Source: Octopus vulgaris
Lineage: Eukaryota
Reading direction: 5' to 3'
Assembly (NCBI GenBank): GCA_951406725.2
Contig: OX597833.1
Span: 47,058,001-47,122,000, forward strand
Length of the DNA stretch: 64,000 nt
The position numbers and the translations under genes are program-made. Shown here piece by piece: positions 48,360 through 61,629 of this stretch; position 1 is the stretch's first letter, and each line of letters opens with the position of its first letter. The notes below the pieces were generated by a model, which was given only the letters and a program-made list of their open reading frames with translations, did no database searches and was not told the DNA's origin.

Positions 48360-49395
48360 AAGCAGAACAAGAGAAACTTGCTCAAGAGGTGGAAGAAGTG
48401 GTGGTCTAGAGAAATCTGAAAGAACTCTACATCATCATCATCATCATCAAGAGACCTTCAGGAAATTAGTGACCCACTTCCTTCCCAGTTGAAGACAAGG
48501 CTAGAAACCTTCTTACAAACCAGCAAGAACAGTTGGAGAGATGGAGAAAACATTTTGAAGAGCTTCTAAACCAGTAGTTCTCATCCAGAGTCCTAAGATT
48601 TTTTTTTTTGGTAGGGGTCCATCAAGCAAAATAGTAATTTGGAGATCCGGATCCATGGTAGTATTTTAAGAGTTGATGGAAAAAAAATTTTGCTTTCTTG
48701 CAACAAACAACTCAGTTTCTTTCTCTTACATTTTGCATAGTTCAAACTACACAAGTGAGTGTGCGATGAACAAAAAGGAATTTTGAAAGAAGTATCTATA
48801 GAACCAGTTTCTAAACATCGAACGGCTAAGAGGGTCCACTAGAATAACATAGTCCATAAAGGGTCCATAGATAAAAAAAAATGGTTGAGAACCACTGTTA
48901 AAAACCTTACAAACCAGCAAGAACAGTTGGAGAGATGGAGGAAACATTTTGAATACCTTCTAAAACTAGTTTTCATCCAGGGTCCTAAGATTTTTTTTTT
49001 TTGGTGGGAGTCCATCAAGCAAAATAGTAATTTGGGGTTCCATGATAGTATTTTAAGAGTTGATGGAAAAAATTTTGCTTTCGTGCAATGGTTTCTTTCT
49101 CTTACATTTTACATAGTTCAAACTACACAATGGCTAAGAGGGTTCCCTAGAATAAAATAGTCCATAGATAAAAAAAAAATGGTTGAGAACCACTGTTAAA
49201 AAACTATCAATCATCTAGACATAGATCCAGCAGAGACTCTACTGAATATCAGCATGGAGACTCCATCACTAGGTGACATTCAGAAAGCAATCTTCAAAAT
49301 GAGAAATGGGGAAAGCACCAGGCCCAGCTGAAGCATTGAAAGCGAAAGTAGATTTGTTGGTTGAAGCCTTCTACTACCTGTTCAAAATTTGGGAT
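48360..49395 (+). mobile_element. Decayed RTE/BovB-like LINE internal fragment interrupted by hAT MITEs and a tandem duplication
   Basis: LAQEVEE..RNLKELY..NLLTNQQEQLERWRKHFEELLN...PSLGDIQKAIFKMRNG(K)APGP..AEALK. Confidence 0.8.
48572..48897. mobile_element. hAT MITE (duplicate at about 48966-49195; related copy at 45048-45355)
   Basis: CAGTAGTTCTCA...GGTTGAGAACCACTG termini. Confidence 0.8.
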
Positions 49396-50273
49396 TCTGC
49401 ATTGAATATCAGAGAAGAATTACTTGGTTGTGATTTATAGGTAAATAAAATTAACTTGTAATAATGTGGTTTACGAGTGAGCTAAGAGAGTGGCCAGGTT
49501 GTTAACCCTTCCAATACCAACACACTTCTGTCTGTTCATATTAAAGTGTTTGTATTTAAATTAAATCTCATAACATGAATTGCATTGTGAAATTTCATTT
49601 GGTCAACACCAGCATATGCCAGAATTAAATATACTTAACAAAATCCCTCCAAACTCTTAATTTGGAAATAATCATGCCCACTTTTTCCTATGTAAATATA
49701 GATATGGGATGATTACAGCTGGAACATCTTTTGATTGCAAATCGTAACCAGCTGGAGCTGATTTGTACTTAATCATATTGCTGCTTCATGCCAACAAGAG
49801 AACTTCTACATAGTCAAAGGTGGCGAGCTGGCAGAAACGTTAGCGCGCCGGGTGAAATGCATAGCAGTATTTCTTCTGCAGCTACATTCTGAGTTGAAAT
49901 TCCACCTAGATCTACTTTACCTTTCATCCTTTCGGGGTAGATAGATTAAGTACCAGTTACGCACTGGGTCGATGTAATCGACTTAATCCCTTTGTTTGTC
50001 CCCTCTATGTTTAGCTCCTTGTGAGCAATAAAGAAATAAACTCGAATTACATTGTGGGACACTTTAATCACAATTGAAAGCATTTTGCTTCCTGGTGCTT
50101 TCCCCATTTCTCATTTTGAAGATTGCTTTCTGATTGTCACCTAGTGATGGAGTCTCCATGCTGGTATTCAGCAGAGTCTCTGCTGGACATATGTCTAGAT
50201 GATTGATAGTTTTTTAACAGTGGTTCTTTATTACTTTTCATTACAATCTTTAGGTTTTGATACCATTTCTAAA

Positions 50274-50910
50274 ATCATCATCATCATCGTTTAATGTCTG
50301 TTTTTCCATGCTGGCATGGGTTGGACGGTTCAACTGGGGTCTGGGAAGCCAGGAGGCTGCACCAGGCTCCAATCTGATCTGGCAGTTTTTCTACAGTTGG
50401 ATGCTCTTCCTGACGACAACCACTCTGAGAGTGTAGTGAGTGCTTTTTACGTGCCACCGGCACGGGGGCCAGAGGGGACTGGCATTGACGTTTGGATGGT
50501 GCTTTTTACGTGCCACCAGCATGGGAGCCAATCAAGGCGGCACTGGCATTGGCCATGTTCAGATGGTGTTTTTTTACATGCCATTGACATGGAGAACCAG
50601 ATGGGATGCCCGCATCAGTCACAGCCACAACTTCCATTTGATTGTGGTTTGATTTGATTTTGATGATGTACTTGACTCAATAGGTCTCCTCAAGCATGGC
50701 ATGTCACCCTACGATCCAAATGTACATTTTTGAGTGGGTTAGTTATGTGACACTGGCGTAGGCTACAGCTGTGATCTCACTTTATTTGCCTGATCTTCTC
50801 AGTCACAGCATATCTCCAAAGGTCTTGGTCTTTCATCATTGTCTCTGTGAGGCCCAACATTCGAAGGTCATGCTTCACCACTTCATCCCTTGTCTTGGGT
50901 CTGCCTCTAC
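50274..50910 (-). mobile_element. RTE LINE 3' end
   Basis: Same family including the ORF C-terminus. Confidence 0.8.
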
Positions 50911-51768
50911 TATGGTTTAATAAACCCATTTCAAGAAAGTATCAAGAGGGCCACAAGAATGCCTGCAGGCCTCAAGTTGGCCAGCCCTGACATAGTCGTT
51001 TGACTGACTTAGAAATAGCAGCCAAATTTCCCTCAAATCGTATCTGCTGGATTAGGGCCAAACAACATACTTAGCATACTACTGCTTACATCAAAGCAGG
51101 CTTTTTTTTTTAACTATTCCATGCAATACAGCTTTTCAATTCATTTAAACCTACCTTTGGACAGATTTTGTAACGTGCTATATGAGAAAGCATTACTAAG
51201 TCTTACTCTAACCATCCTCTGTATCTAAGAAAGAGACACTGAATGATTCCCCCATGACTTTTACAGTGCACCTGAGCCAAGTCTGAGGGAAAAGGGTCAA
51301 TCCACCCACTCCCTGCTGTAGTATTTAATTGCTTCTTTACTGACTCTTGAAGGATGATAAATAAAGTAGAACTCCAGACACACAGAGCTACAACATGTTG
51401 GGAAAATATTACCATACTTGGAAACAGGTAAGAGTTGGTGACAAGAAGGGCATCCAGCCATAGAAAAATTGCCTCAACATATGCAAACATGGAAAAGTGG
51501 ACGTTAAATTATGACATTGAAGTTATCGACTTGTTTGATTCATTTCCCTTAGCTTGGTTTGTTATACAAATTACTGCTGGCCAAAAACGTTATTGACTCT
51601 TTTCCTATGAACATTGATGAGGTCTGATAACACCAAATACTCAGAGTTGTTACTTCACTCTGAGCATAAAATGTAAATTTTCGCGAAATTAATTTCTTGA
51701 ATTGTTTTTTAAAAGCACAAATGTTGGGGTGATAATAACAAACAGTTATGCTTTAAAAATAATTTTTT

Positions 51769-52310
51769 AATAATAATGCAATTATTGTATACAGTGCTCA
51801 GGTGCACCACAACTTGTCAGAAAGTGCATATAAAGTACATGCAGTAATGTAGAAATGTCTGGAAACCAAACAATGTATGAGTCAGATACATGCTTGTGTG
51901 TGTATGGAGGGGAGAAAATCAAGTGTAGTGTTGGCAAATCTCAGGAAGCATGGAAGTTTTGAAGGATGCAGTGCTCCGACAACTAACAACTGATGCCGGC
52001 AGTTTGTTCCATGCTTCAGCAACTCTCAGTGTGAAAAAATGTTTCCTGAAGTCATGGGAGCTGTGCTGTTTTCTGACTTTGTAAATATGTCCACGGGTGT
52101 TAGATGGGTGGAGTTTGAAAAGGCGCTCAGAGTTATTGTTTGTACGATGACTGATAATTTTATGGGTGTCTGCCAAGTCAGCTGCCAGACGTCGGAGTTT
52201 CAATGTGTCCATGCCCAGGGAAGTAAGGCGTTCAGGATATGGCAAATGCCTGATGGAGGGTATTCTTTTGGTTGCACGTCGCTGAACAGCTTCCAGACGA
52301 TTGATATCCT
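51769..52310 (-). mobile_element. CR1-clade LINE 3' end (RT C-terminal region)
   Basis: DINRLEAVQRRATKRIP..YPERL..L..RRL..DL..TRGH..K..R.HFFTLRV..WNKLP..VV..FK; (ATT)n tail. Confidence 0.92.
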
Positions 52311-53177
52311 GTTTTTGTTTTTTAGATTGGCAAACAATTCCCACTGTTTTTTTTCTCCAATTAAGACGCAAATTTCAGTTCATTGAAAAAAATTGTATAT
52401 ATCATTGGTTCGCTTCAACATCGCCTATTTTACCCAGCTTGAGTTATTTCCCTTAGCTTCGTATTTTATTTTATTTATTAATTTTTTTTTTTTTTGTAAT
52501 ATTCGTATACCACAACTTATGTTGGTAATTGGTTCTAAGGGATCTTTTCCTTTTGAACGACAGTTTTCAAAGATCCGTTCTAAGATATGCTGATTCGAGA
52601 AAAAAACAAACAATAACGACATAACACGAAGAAACATTAAAAAAAAAAAATCTTATATCTGTTTTTATGAATGGTTGATTTGGGCATACTTTCACAACTA
52701 TATTATTTGATTTTCACTTCAGTATTGAGTTTTAGGCGTTTTTCTAATTTTCAATAACGTAAAGTCTGATAAACTGACTGAAGGCGACGTTTATAAAAAA
52801 CGAAAGAAAAACAAAAAGTAAATTCGAAGGGGATGTAATTCGAAATGACCTAAGTTGAGGTATGCCTGTACATTGATGTAACAACGATAGGCATATATAG
52901 AGAGATATTAGTTTTAAATTTTGACACAAGGCCCGCAATTTTGGGTAGTGGGTAAGTCAATTACATCGACCTCACTACTCTGGTACTTATTTTATCAAGG
53001 ATGAAAGGCAAAGTCGACCTCTGTGCCATTTGAATTCAGATCGTACAGACGTTCGAAACGCCGCTATGCATTTTGCTCGTGCTAACGATTCTGCCAGCCC
53101 GCAGCCTTATGATAGAAGTATTCGTTTATAATATATTAATATATTGATTAAGTCTTGTCACAAAAATTTATTAACTA

Positions 53178-53565
53178 CTAGCAGTATCGCCCGGCGTTGC
53201 TCGGATTTGTAAGGGAAATAACTATATAAGCATTTTTAGAGAGTTATAGTAAAAAAAATAGCCAAAAAATGGGAAAAAAATTATGGTAAATTATTTTTTA
53301 AATCGTTGACTCATCGTAGACATTTTTAGAGAGTTACTTCCCTTATATAAAAGCGAAAAAATGCATTAAAATGGAAAAAAATGATGGTAAATTATTTTTA
53401 AAATCGTAGACTCATCGTAGACGCGCGCTAATACCCAGAAGGGCTCGATATGAATCACGACTATAAGATACCCGGTTTTGGTTAAACTACACCGCAAAAT
53501 GTGGGAGTAGTTAGGAATCTAAATCGTAGGAGACAGACACACAACTTCACTTTTATATATAAAGA
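53178..53565 (-). mobile_element. Non-autonomous Helitron
   Basis: Reverse complement of 57102-57494 with TC/CTAG ends in an AT site. Confidence 0.88.
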
Positions 53566-53905
53566 TTTAACAATGACGTATTGTAGGAAGAGATTTTTAA
53601 TGACCATCTCGTTCTATCTTTTATAATTTAGTCCAAACTACCTTATTCAATATCCTCCCTTGTTCTAAAAATACATTCGACTTCGATTTCAGAGATTTGT
53701 CGTGTGATGATGCACTTCACACACAAAGCTCAATGTGTGGTAAGAAGCTTGCTTCCCAACCATATGGTTTCAGGTTCAGTCCTTGGGAAAGTGACTTCTA
53801 CTATAGCCTCGGGCCAACCAAAGCCTTGTGAGTGGATTTGGTTGATGAAAACCGAAAGAAATCCGTCTTATATATACATATATACACACACACATATATA
53901 TATAT

Positions 53906-54130
53906 AGTTGAAATTTACAGAAAAACAGAAGACGAAGACAGGAGTGTGAACAGCAAGTAAGTGTATTAGTTTCACGCTCGGGAAAAATGAAAAAGTCTAA
54001 TTCCTTTCTGTTGAAGAGCGTATGCTCGAAACGTAAAAGACTTTTTCATTTTTGCCGAGCGTCAAACTAATACACTTGCTTGTTGTTCATACAACTGTCT
54101 TCGTATTTTGTTTTTCTATAAATTTCAACT
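53906..54130. repeat. Palindromic element with a hammerhead-like motif near its centre
   Basis: AGTTGAAATTT.../...AAATTTCAACT arms of about 90 bp. Confidence 0.85.
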
Positions 54131-54307
54131 CTATATTATACGCTTACGTGGTTACCCCAGTTTGATTCTGACTGAACTCTTTGGACTTGCATATCTTAAT
54201 CACTTCCCGAACTTTCAGCACTTCTGCTTATCCACATACCAGCAATCCACCCGAATTATCACTGGGCCTACTGACTCTACCTTCGCGGATTTCACTGGAT
54301 TTTTTTT

Positions 54308-54348
<41 letters not shown>

Positions 54349-55173
54349 ATACATATGTATGTATGTATATATTTGTGTATGGCTATTTTTTCCACATATC
54401 ATCACTTGACAACCGATGTGCTGGTGTGTTTACGTCCTCGTTACTTAGCGGTTCGGCAAAAGATACCGATAGAATAGCTATTAGGCTTACAAAGAATGAG
54501 TCATTTGGTCGATGTTTTCGACCAAAGGCGATGCTCCAGCGCGCCTGCAGTCAAATGACTGAAACAAGTAAAAGAATTACTTGTGCATTTTTTCATGGAA
54601 CTTAGGAGTCTATAGTCGCTTGACTTGCTGTAGATAAGAGTTCAATCTTCTTCAAATGGCGCATATTTCTGCCTTAAGGGAAAGACACATTGGATGATGA
54701 TAATTGGTTTCAAATTTTGGCACAAGACCAGCAGCTTTGGGGAGGGGCAAAATCGATTAAATCGACTCCAGTGTTTAACTGATACTTATTTTCTCGACCC
54801 CGCTGGAATTTGAACTCAAAGCGTGAAGACGGACGAAATGCTGCGAAGCTTTTTGCCCGTTGCTAACGTCTCTGCCAGGTCGCTGACCTCCACATTGGGT
54901 GGTAATATATAGACAGGATATTCGTGGCTGAAAGGTTTACTCAATAAGAGCTGACCTAGGGCCAAACAGTGACAACTGACGATTGAAGGGTTTCTTACTA
55001 CCTCTCCAGGTCTATAGAATTATAGATTTGTGCGAACGTCACAAATATTCAGGCAGCAGACTGGCGAAGTCTTTACAACGTCAAATAAAATTCTTTAGGG
55101 TATTTGTTCAAGCGCTCTGAGTTCAAATTTCTCCGAAGTTAGCTTTATTGAACCTTTTTTGACATGAATAAAT

Positions 55174-55670
55174 AGAATACCCTCCATCAGGCATTTGCCA
55201 TATCCTGAACGCCTTACTTCCCTGGGCAAGGACACATTGAAACTCTGACGTCTGGCAGCTGACTTGGCAGACACCCATAAAATTATCAACCATCGTACAA
55301 ACAATAACTCTGAGCACCTTTTCAAACTCCACCCATTTAACACCCGTGGACATATTTACAAAGTAAGAAAACAGCACAGCTCCCAAGACTTCAGGAAACA
55401 TTTTTTCACGCTGAGAGTTGCTGAAGCATGGAACAAACTGCCGGCATCAGTTGTTAGTTGTCGGAGCACTGCATCCTTCAAAACTTCCATGCTTCCTGAG
55501 ATTCGCCAACACTACACTTGATTTTTTTCCCCTCCATACACACACAAGCATGTATCTGACTCATACATTGTTCGCTTTCCAGACATTTCTACATGTACTT
55601 TATATGCACTTTCTGACAAGTTGTGGTGCACCTGAGCACTGTATACAATAATTTCATTATTATAATTATT
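55174..55670 (+). mobile_element. CR1-clade LINE 3' end, inverted sister of 51769-52310
   Basis: Near-identical reverse complement, same ORF. Confidence 0.92.
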
Positions 55671-57101
55671 ATAATGGCGGAACTTAAGTGCATCGGGCAG
55701 GATGCCTTATGGTATGTTTTCAAGCTCCATATTTCTGACAACGATATCTGCAACCACAAAGGTACCAAGCTGTACTGCCTCTTACCCTTTTTCTGTACCA
55801 CAAATATTTGTGGTGTAGACCTGCATTTATAAGCAGTAGATGGTTTTCCATAAAGATTCTTGCCAAGGCCTGTGCCCTGAAGGGGAAAGTTCTCGCTGGG
55901 GATTCGTCATCTCATGAGATATGCAGAGGTCTGCGAACGAAATATTCATTTATTATATATCCCAGTCTGTTGCAATATTAATTATTCAGCGTCTGAGTTA
56001 AAATCCCTGTGTGTCCTATATATGTAGTAGATTTAATCTGTTCCCTGAATTAACATCAACACCTCGTCTGGGGGTGTTTTTAACAGGGTTCCTTGTCGCA
56101 AGCTTTTTGGCCAGGTCTCTGGTTTTAGGCTAACTTTCTCCCTCTCCTCTTTTATAAGTTTCAATGGTTCTGAAAAGGAGCATAGGAACTGCTCTACCTC
56201 CTAAAAGATAAAGGTTATTCCAACTATAGCCATCCTGCTTTTGGAATACTGTTAAGCTATATTAACTGCATTATTCAATGTGTCCATTCTTGTTTTTTTT
56301 CTTAAGACAGTGAGGTATGATTTTGTAGTGGTGGTAGGGATTTGGCTACTATTTCTAGCTGATCGAACAACCATATAGAGGCTAAGCTAACGAAGGCGAC
56401 TGTATGGATGCTAAAAATAGCAAGCAAATCACCCTTAAAATGCACACTATCGCCTTTAAAAAGAGATACTGAATAATGCTGACCGGAGTACATATATTTC
56501 TGAGAAAGAATCTGCACCCCACTAACTCGGATAATCATGACTTGAATGTCTCATCAGGGCTGACTAGGGTCCTAGCAACAACATCTTCATAGGGACTAAT
56601 GTAAAAACATTTGTTTTTACGGAGAAAGTGAGTGAAAGTTATTTTAAAATAAGTCCTTAAATTTTTCAACCGTGAATGTATAGGACTCGCAATAAAATTC
56701 GCTTTCCGACTGAAATAGAAAATTATTATAATTCTGATTCCAAACATTTCGCAAATAGCTTTAGAATTATCTTTCGAAGTCGTTGTTTTACCACATAACT
56801 CCGTCTTTATTACCTCTTCGCGTACCTTCATGTAAACCCTTACTGAACAGACCTGACCTATGTTTAAAAGTACAGTAACTAAAAGTATATCATTCATCTC
56901 TTCAATTAAAAGTATATCATTCATCTCTGATCTATAACTACCTTTTGACAGTATGCTTTTCTTATCTTTAGTGTGTAATTTGAGTTTGGTTTGGCTGTTA
57001 TTTCTAGCTGGTAGTACATCAAGTCGCTTTCATGTAAGGGAGATAAATGCTACTTGTTTAACTAAAACAGATTGTCTTAAAGAAGCGAAAGATATTTTAA
57101 A

Positions 57102-57494
57102 TCTTTATATATAAAAGTAAGGTTGTGTGTCTGTCTCCTACGATTTAGATTCCTAACTACTCCCACATTTTGCGGTGCAGTTTAACCAAAACCGGGTATC
57201 TTATAGTCGTGATTCATATCGAGCCCTTCTGGGTATTAGCGCGCGTCTACGATGAGTCTACGATTTAAAAAAAATTTACCATCATTTTATTCCATTTTAA
57301 TGCATTTTTTCGCTATTATATAAGGGAAGTAACTCTCTAAAAATGTCTACGATGAGTCAACGATTTAAAAAAAAATTACCATCGTTTTTTCATTTTTAAT
57401 GCATTTTTTTGCTACTTTTTGGCTATAACTCTCTAAAAATGCTTATATAGTTATTTCCCTTACAAATCCGAGCAACGCCGGGCGATACTGCTAG
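57102..57494 (+). mobile_element. Non-autonomous Helitron about 0.7 kb upstream of the DPAGT1 ATG
   Basis: A|TCTTTATATATAAAAG...CCGAGCAACGCCGGGCGATACTGCTAG|T; internal direct repeat. Confidence 0.88.
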
Positions 57495-58176
57495 TTCTTT
57501 CTACAATAATTTTAACTTCTTTAATTACTCCAAACACCAATTTCCAATGTTAGAAATAAATACTAACTTTCGGTCAATGTATTGCAACAATACATTTAGA
57601 TACAAATTACAAAACCGTTGTGGGGTGTAAAGGAGGATTGCCTTTAAAATATATATATATACACATTGGCAATTATTTTTGTGAGAGAGGAATTTGAAAG
57701 GAATCGATGCATTATATTGATTTCAAATTTTGACACAAGGCCAAACAAATTTGGGGAAAAGGCTAATTCGATTACATCGACTTCAGTATTCAACTGTTAC
57801 TTATTTTATCGACCCTGAAAAGATGAAAGGCAAAATCAACTTCGGCGGAATTTGAATGTGAAGGCCGGCGAAATGCAATCAAGCACTTCGCGTGGTATCG
57901 ATGCCAATATGTTGACGTTTTATATTTAGTTTATTATCGACCCCAAGTGAGAACTGAACCCTGAATCAAAGGGAGAGCAAATTTAAATACTCCTAATACA
58001 TATTAGTATGATGTCTTCTTATACAGCAGCGATCGAGTCCTTAAAATGCAAGTTTTTAACAATATAACAGATTACAGAACACCTTGCTTAACCCACTACC
58101 CATAAATCTCGATTTTAGACCCGGAGAAGCAGGCTTCCGATAGAGCTTCATCTGATTCTTTTACACATCAGTCAAA

Positions 58177-58337
58177 ATGGAGGCCGGTGTATCGTCGATG
58201 TTTCCTCTCGCTGTTAATTTACTGTTTTCAATTGCTGGGATATTTGTCACACACAAAATTCTCCTGAAATGTAAATCTATGTTTATAAACGCCCATTTAT
58301 TTGGTATGGATCTTAGTAAGAGGCAATCCAAAAAGAT
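58177..58337 (+). CDS. DPAGT1: DPAGT1/ALG7 (UDP-GlcNAc:dolichyl-phosphate GlcNAc-1-P transferase) coding exon 1
   Basis: caaaATG...: MEAGVSSMFPLAVNLLFSIAGIFVTHKILLKCKSMFINAHLFGMDLSKRQSKK+AT|gtaagt. Matches the GPT first TM helix and the F..A.L.G.DL.K motif. 161 nt. Confidence 0.93.
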
Positions 58338-58873
58338 GTAAGTCGTTCAATTTTTGTTTGTTATAATAATTAATAATAAATAAACAAGCCGGCATGTATG
58401 TCTTAATTGAGATTCGTATCTAAATGTTTGTTATTCAGATGCGTAATTAGTCGGCATATCACAAAGAAAGAATCTATAAGTACCGGTCAAGTTTCTAGTT
58501 CATAAAAAATATAAAATATATTAGAGAATCAGCCCACACCTTTATTAAATTAGCGGGTTTTTGAAAGGACATGTGATGTGTTGTTGTTATTATGTATGTT
58601 GTCGAATTTGCCACCTGGCTTCTCGTTTGTAGACGTTTCCTTTTAACTGTTGTCGCTAATGATCTTCGTGTTGTTCATTGCATCAGCTGAATTTAATATT
58701 TCGTTATATATCTAAATCCTTTTTATACCTTTAAATCGTTTTAATACATTATCACGTATTGTATTTACAATAACCAATACTACTTATTATCAGATGCTCT
58801 TTTTTTTAATGTTAGTTTAAAGGTTAAATAAACAACTAATTGCAAACTCTCGCACCACATATACAAACATGCA

Positions 58874-58944
<71 letters not shown>

Positions 58945-59200
58945 GCACACAAATATACAAAGCAGACCTGTTATGAATTTTCGCAGCGTAAAGTTACCCG
59001 AGATAAATTGATGATATTTAAAGATCGCCCATAATTTATCAAATCGATTCGAGCATGACATATTTTTACTGCTCTCTGCAAATATGTTGCCTTTTATTTT
59101 TTTTTTACTTCGTTACCAGGTGAATTGTTGGAGAGGAACATAGTCAGTTGTATTCGACCCTATTGTCCTTCTTAGCAACTCACCACACCCAACGAAGGGT

Positions 59201-59470
59201 GTCTCCACATAGTTGCTCGACCTGCTAGAAATAGCAGCTAAATCGCCCTCAAATCACTCCATGATATCTTAAAATAAGGAAGGATACATTTGATAAAGTA
59301 GCCTTCTATAAACAAAACGACGGGATGGCCACGGCAGTCTCCACATGGTTGCTCGACCTGATAGAAATAGCGGCTAAATCTCCCTCAAATCACTCCATGA
59401 TATCTTAAAATAAGGAAGGACACATTTGATAATGTAGCCTTCTATAAACAAAACGACGGGATGGGCACGG
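59201..59470 (+). repeat. Two ~135-bp tandem copies of an old repeat (CTAGAAATAGCAGCYAAAT family) in DPAGT1 intron 1
   Basis: 59201-59334 and 59337-59470 are near-identical; the motif recurs many times in the window. Confidence 0.85.
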
Positions 59471-60757
59471 TAGGGACGCCAATGACTAAAAGTCTGCTCG
59501 ATCAGAGCCAACCTGAAGTTCAACAACATCAATCGAACTGGCGAAGGTAAAAAATACGTACACCCAGTATTTAGGGTTATGATTAGGGTTACGCCGAAAA
59601 CGGGGTGTACGAATTCTTTACCTCCTACATTCGAACTTTATATTAACTATTCGATTTTAGCCGATACTGATTATGATCGATTTTCTGGGACTCTTCATTA
59701 TTTATCGATATCAATACCCATGGGTAAACTAGCATAAATAAATCTTGACTGTGAGAGAAAGAAAACACCAGACTAATTGAATTCTATGTGGCGATCAATT
59801 TATTTGTATGCCCGTCTTTTTTATAACCCCGTGGTTCTGCTTGTGACGAAAAATAATTGCTCAGAATCAAATCGTTTTATTTAACTCAAACGTTTAACTT
59901 CAGTATTCGATGCACAAGAGCAGAGGTGTCCACTTTCATTGTAAATGCTAGCAGTCGCCACCCTTCCACACCAAAGTTTTACCATAAAGCACAATCACCA
60001 GAAGTAACAGGAACAGTTTCTTGGCATTCACCGGTGCTCTTAATATTTAGTCTCCGCAGTACTTTTGTGTTCCCTGTTGAGCGACATGAGAATTCGAACG
60101 GAGTAGGCGTGGGTTTCTTCGATACCGGGATCAATTCTGAACTGTTATGGCTGGCATGCTTGCTCAGTCTGACTTCGCAATACGCCACTGCGGTCCGGAG
60201 GTTGCTTGGTCCAGAAGGGGGGTGGATGTATAGGACATGGACTGCAACCACTTTCGGTTATTTTTCTTTTTCTTTTATTATTTTTTTTTTCTACAGAAAC
60301 CCACTTTTTCGACTGTGGAGATTCCGAACCTGCAAAAATAAATAAAATCGGCATTTCAAAATTTTATAAAATTTCAATTTTTCGAATAAATAAATAAATA
60401 AATAAACACCCCTCCCCTCTTACTAAAATAGCAGACGTACAAAGTATCTAAACAAAGCTTGACATACTAGAAACAGCAGCTAAACGACGAATCATGTTTT
60501 CAAAATTTTAATTTCCGCCACCCCCTTTTTTTCTTTGCCAGAGGGGAAGAGAGGGGGAAAATTGAAATTTTGAAAACGTGCTTTTGGTGTTTTCACAATC
60601 TTCAATTTTTAAGTACACTCCCACCGGAAAGTCCGACAAGCTAGAAACAACAGCCAAACCAAAGATCTACTTTCTAAATACGAATTACCAAAAAAAGTTT
60701 AAAAAATTTTAAATGTCATTTTGTTGTATGTGTGTCTGTGTGCAAAAAACCCCCAAA

Positions 60758-61130
60758 GGAGTGGCTGTGCGGTGAGTAGCTTGCTTACCAACCACATGGT
60801 TCCGGGTTCAGTCCCACTGCGTGGCACCTTGGGTAAAGTGTCTTTTACTATAGCCTCGGGCCGACTAAAGCCTTGTGAGTGAATTTGGTAGACGGAAACT
60901 GAAAAGAAGCCTGTCGTATATATATATATATGTATATGTTTGTGTGTCTGTGTTTGTCTCCCCAACATCGCTTGACAACCGATGCTGGTGTGTTTACGTC
61001 CCCGTCACCTAGCAGTTTGGCAAGAGATACCGATAGAATAAGTACTAGGCTTACAAAGAATAAGTCCTGGGGTTGATTTGCTCAACTAAAAGGTGGTGCT
61101 CCAGCATGGCCACAATCAAAATGACAAACA
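60758..61130 (+). mobile_element. SINE family A in DPAGT1 intron 1
   Basis: Full-length family match. Confidence 0.88.
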
Positions 61131-61629
61131 AAAAAAAGACCTCTCTTAATTCCAAAAGACCCTCAACCACAACATGCTTGCTTTCTGAATCAAATTTTGA
61201 AATGCTGATATCTTTTTTGCAGATTCGGAATCTCCGCAATTGAAAAGGTGGGTTTCTGTAGGAAAAAAAAAAAAAAAGATAAAATAACCTCTTCCCAGAA
61301 GGGATCCTTTAACATGTTAAGATGGCTGCAATCAAACAAAATTTGATAGATTTTAAGCGTGATCTTTGAGCTGGCACTGTAGTTTCAGTTTGAGACAGAG
61401 TGAATTTCAACATCTGTGGTTATTTGATACGGGTACAATAACATCATTTGCCATGATCGCACTTCACTTCTCGTTTATTACTAGGAATGTGGAGAGGTTT
61501 TGATTAAAGAGTTTAATAGTTGGGACATTTAAGAATAATTTCACATCCAGAGAACTATCTCCTTTAAAAACTCAACAATTCACAAGTTTTGTTTGCTTTC
61601 ACTTTGTCAGAATGAACACATTAGTCAGC

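Noticed and set aside
56535-56924. 129-aa minus-strand ORF
   Set aside because: Starts in a short tandem duplication, no motif recognised, no phase-consistent partner exons found
59857-60345. 162-aa plus-strand ORF and overlapping 90-aa minus ORF in a GC-richer patch
   Set aside because: No recognisable family, no ATG start or convincing splice sites, lies in DPAGT1 intron 1 and runs into a TIR; probably unclassified repeat sequence
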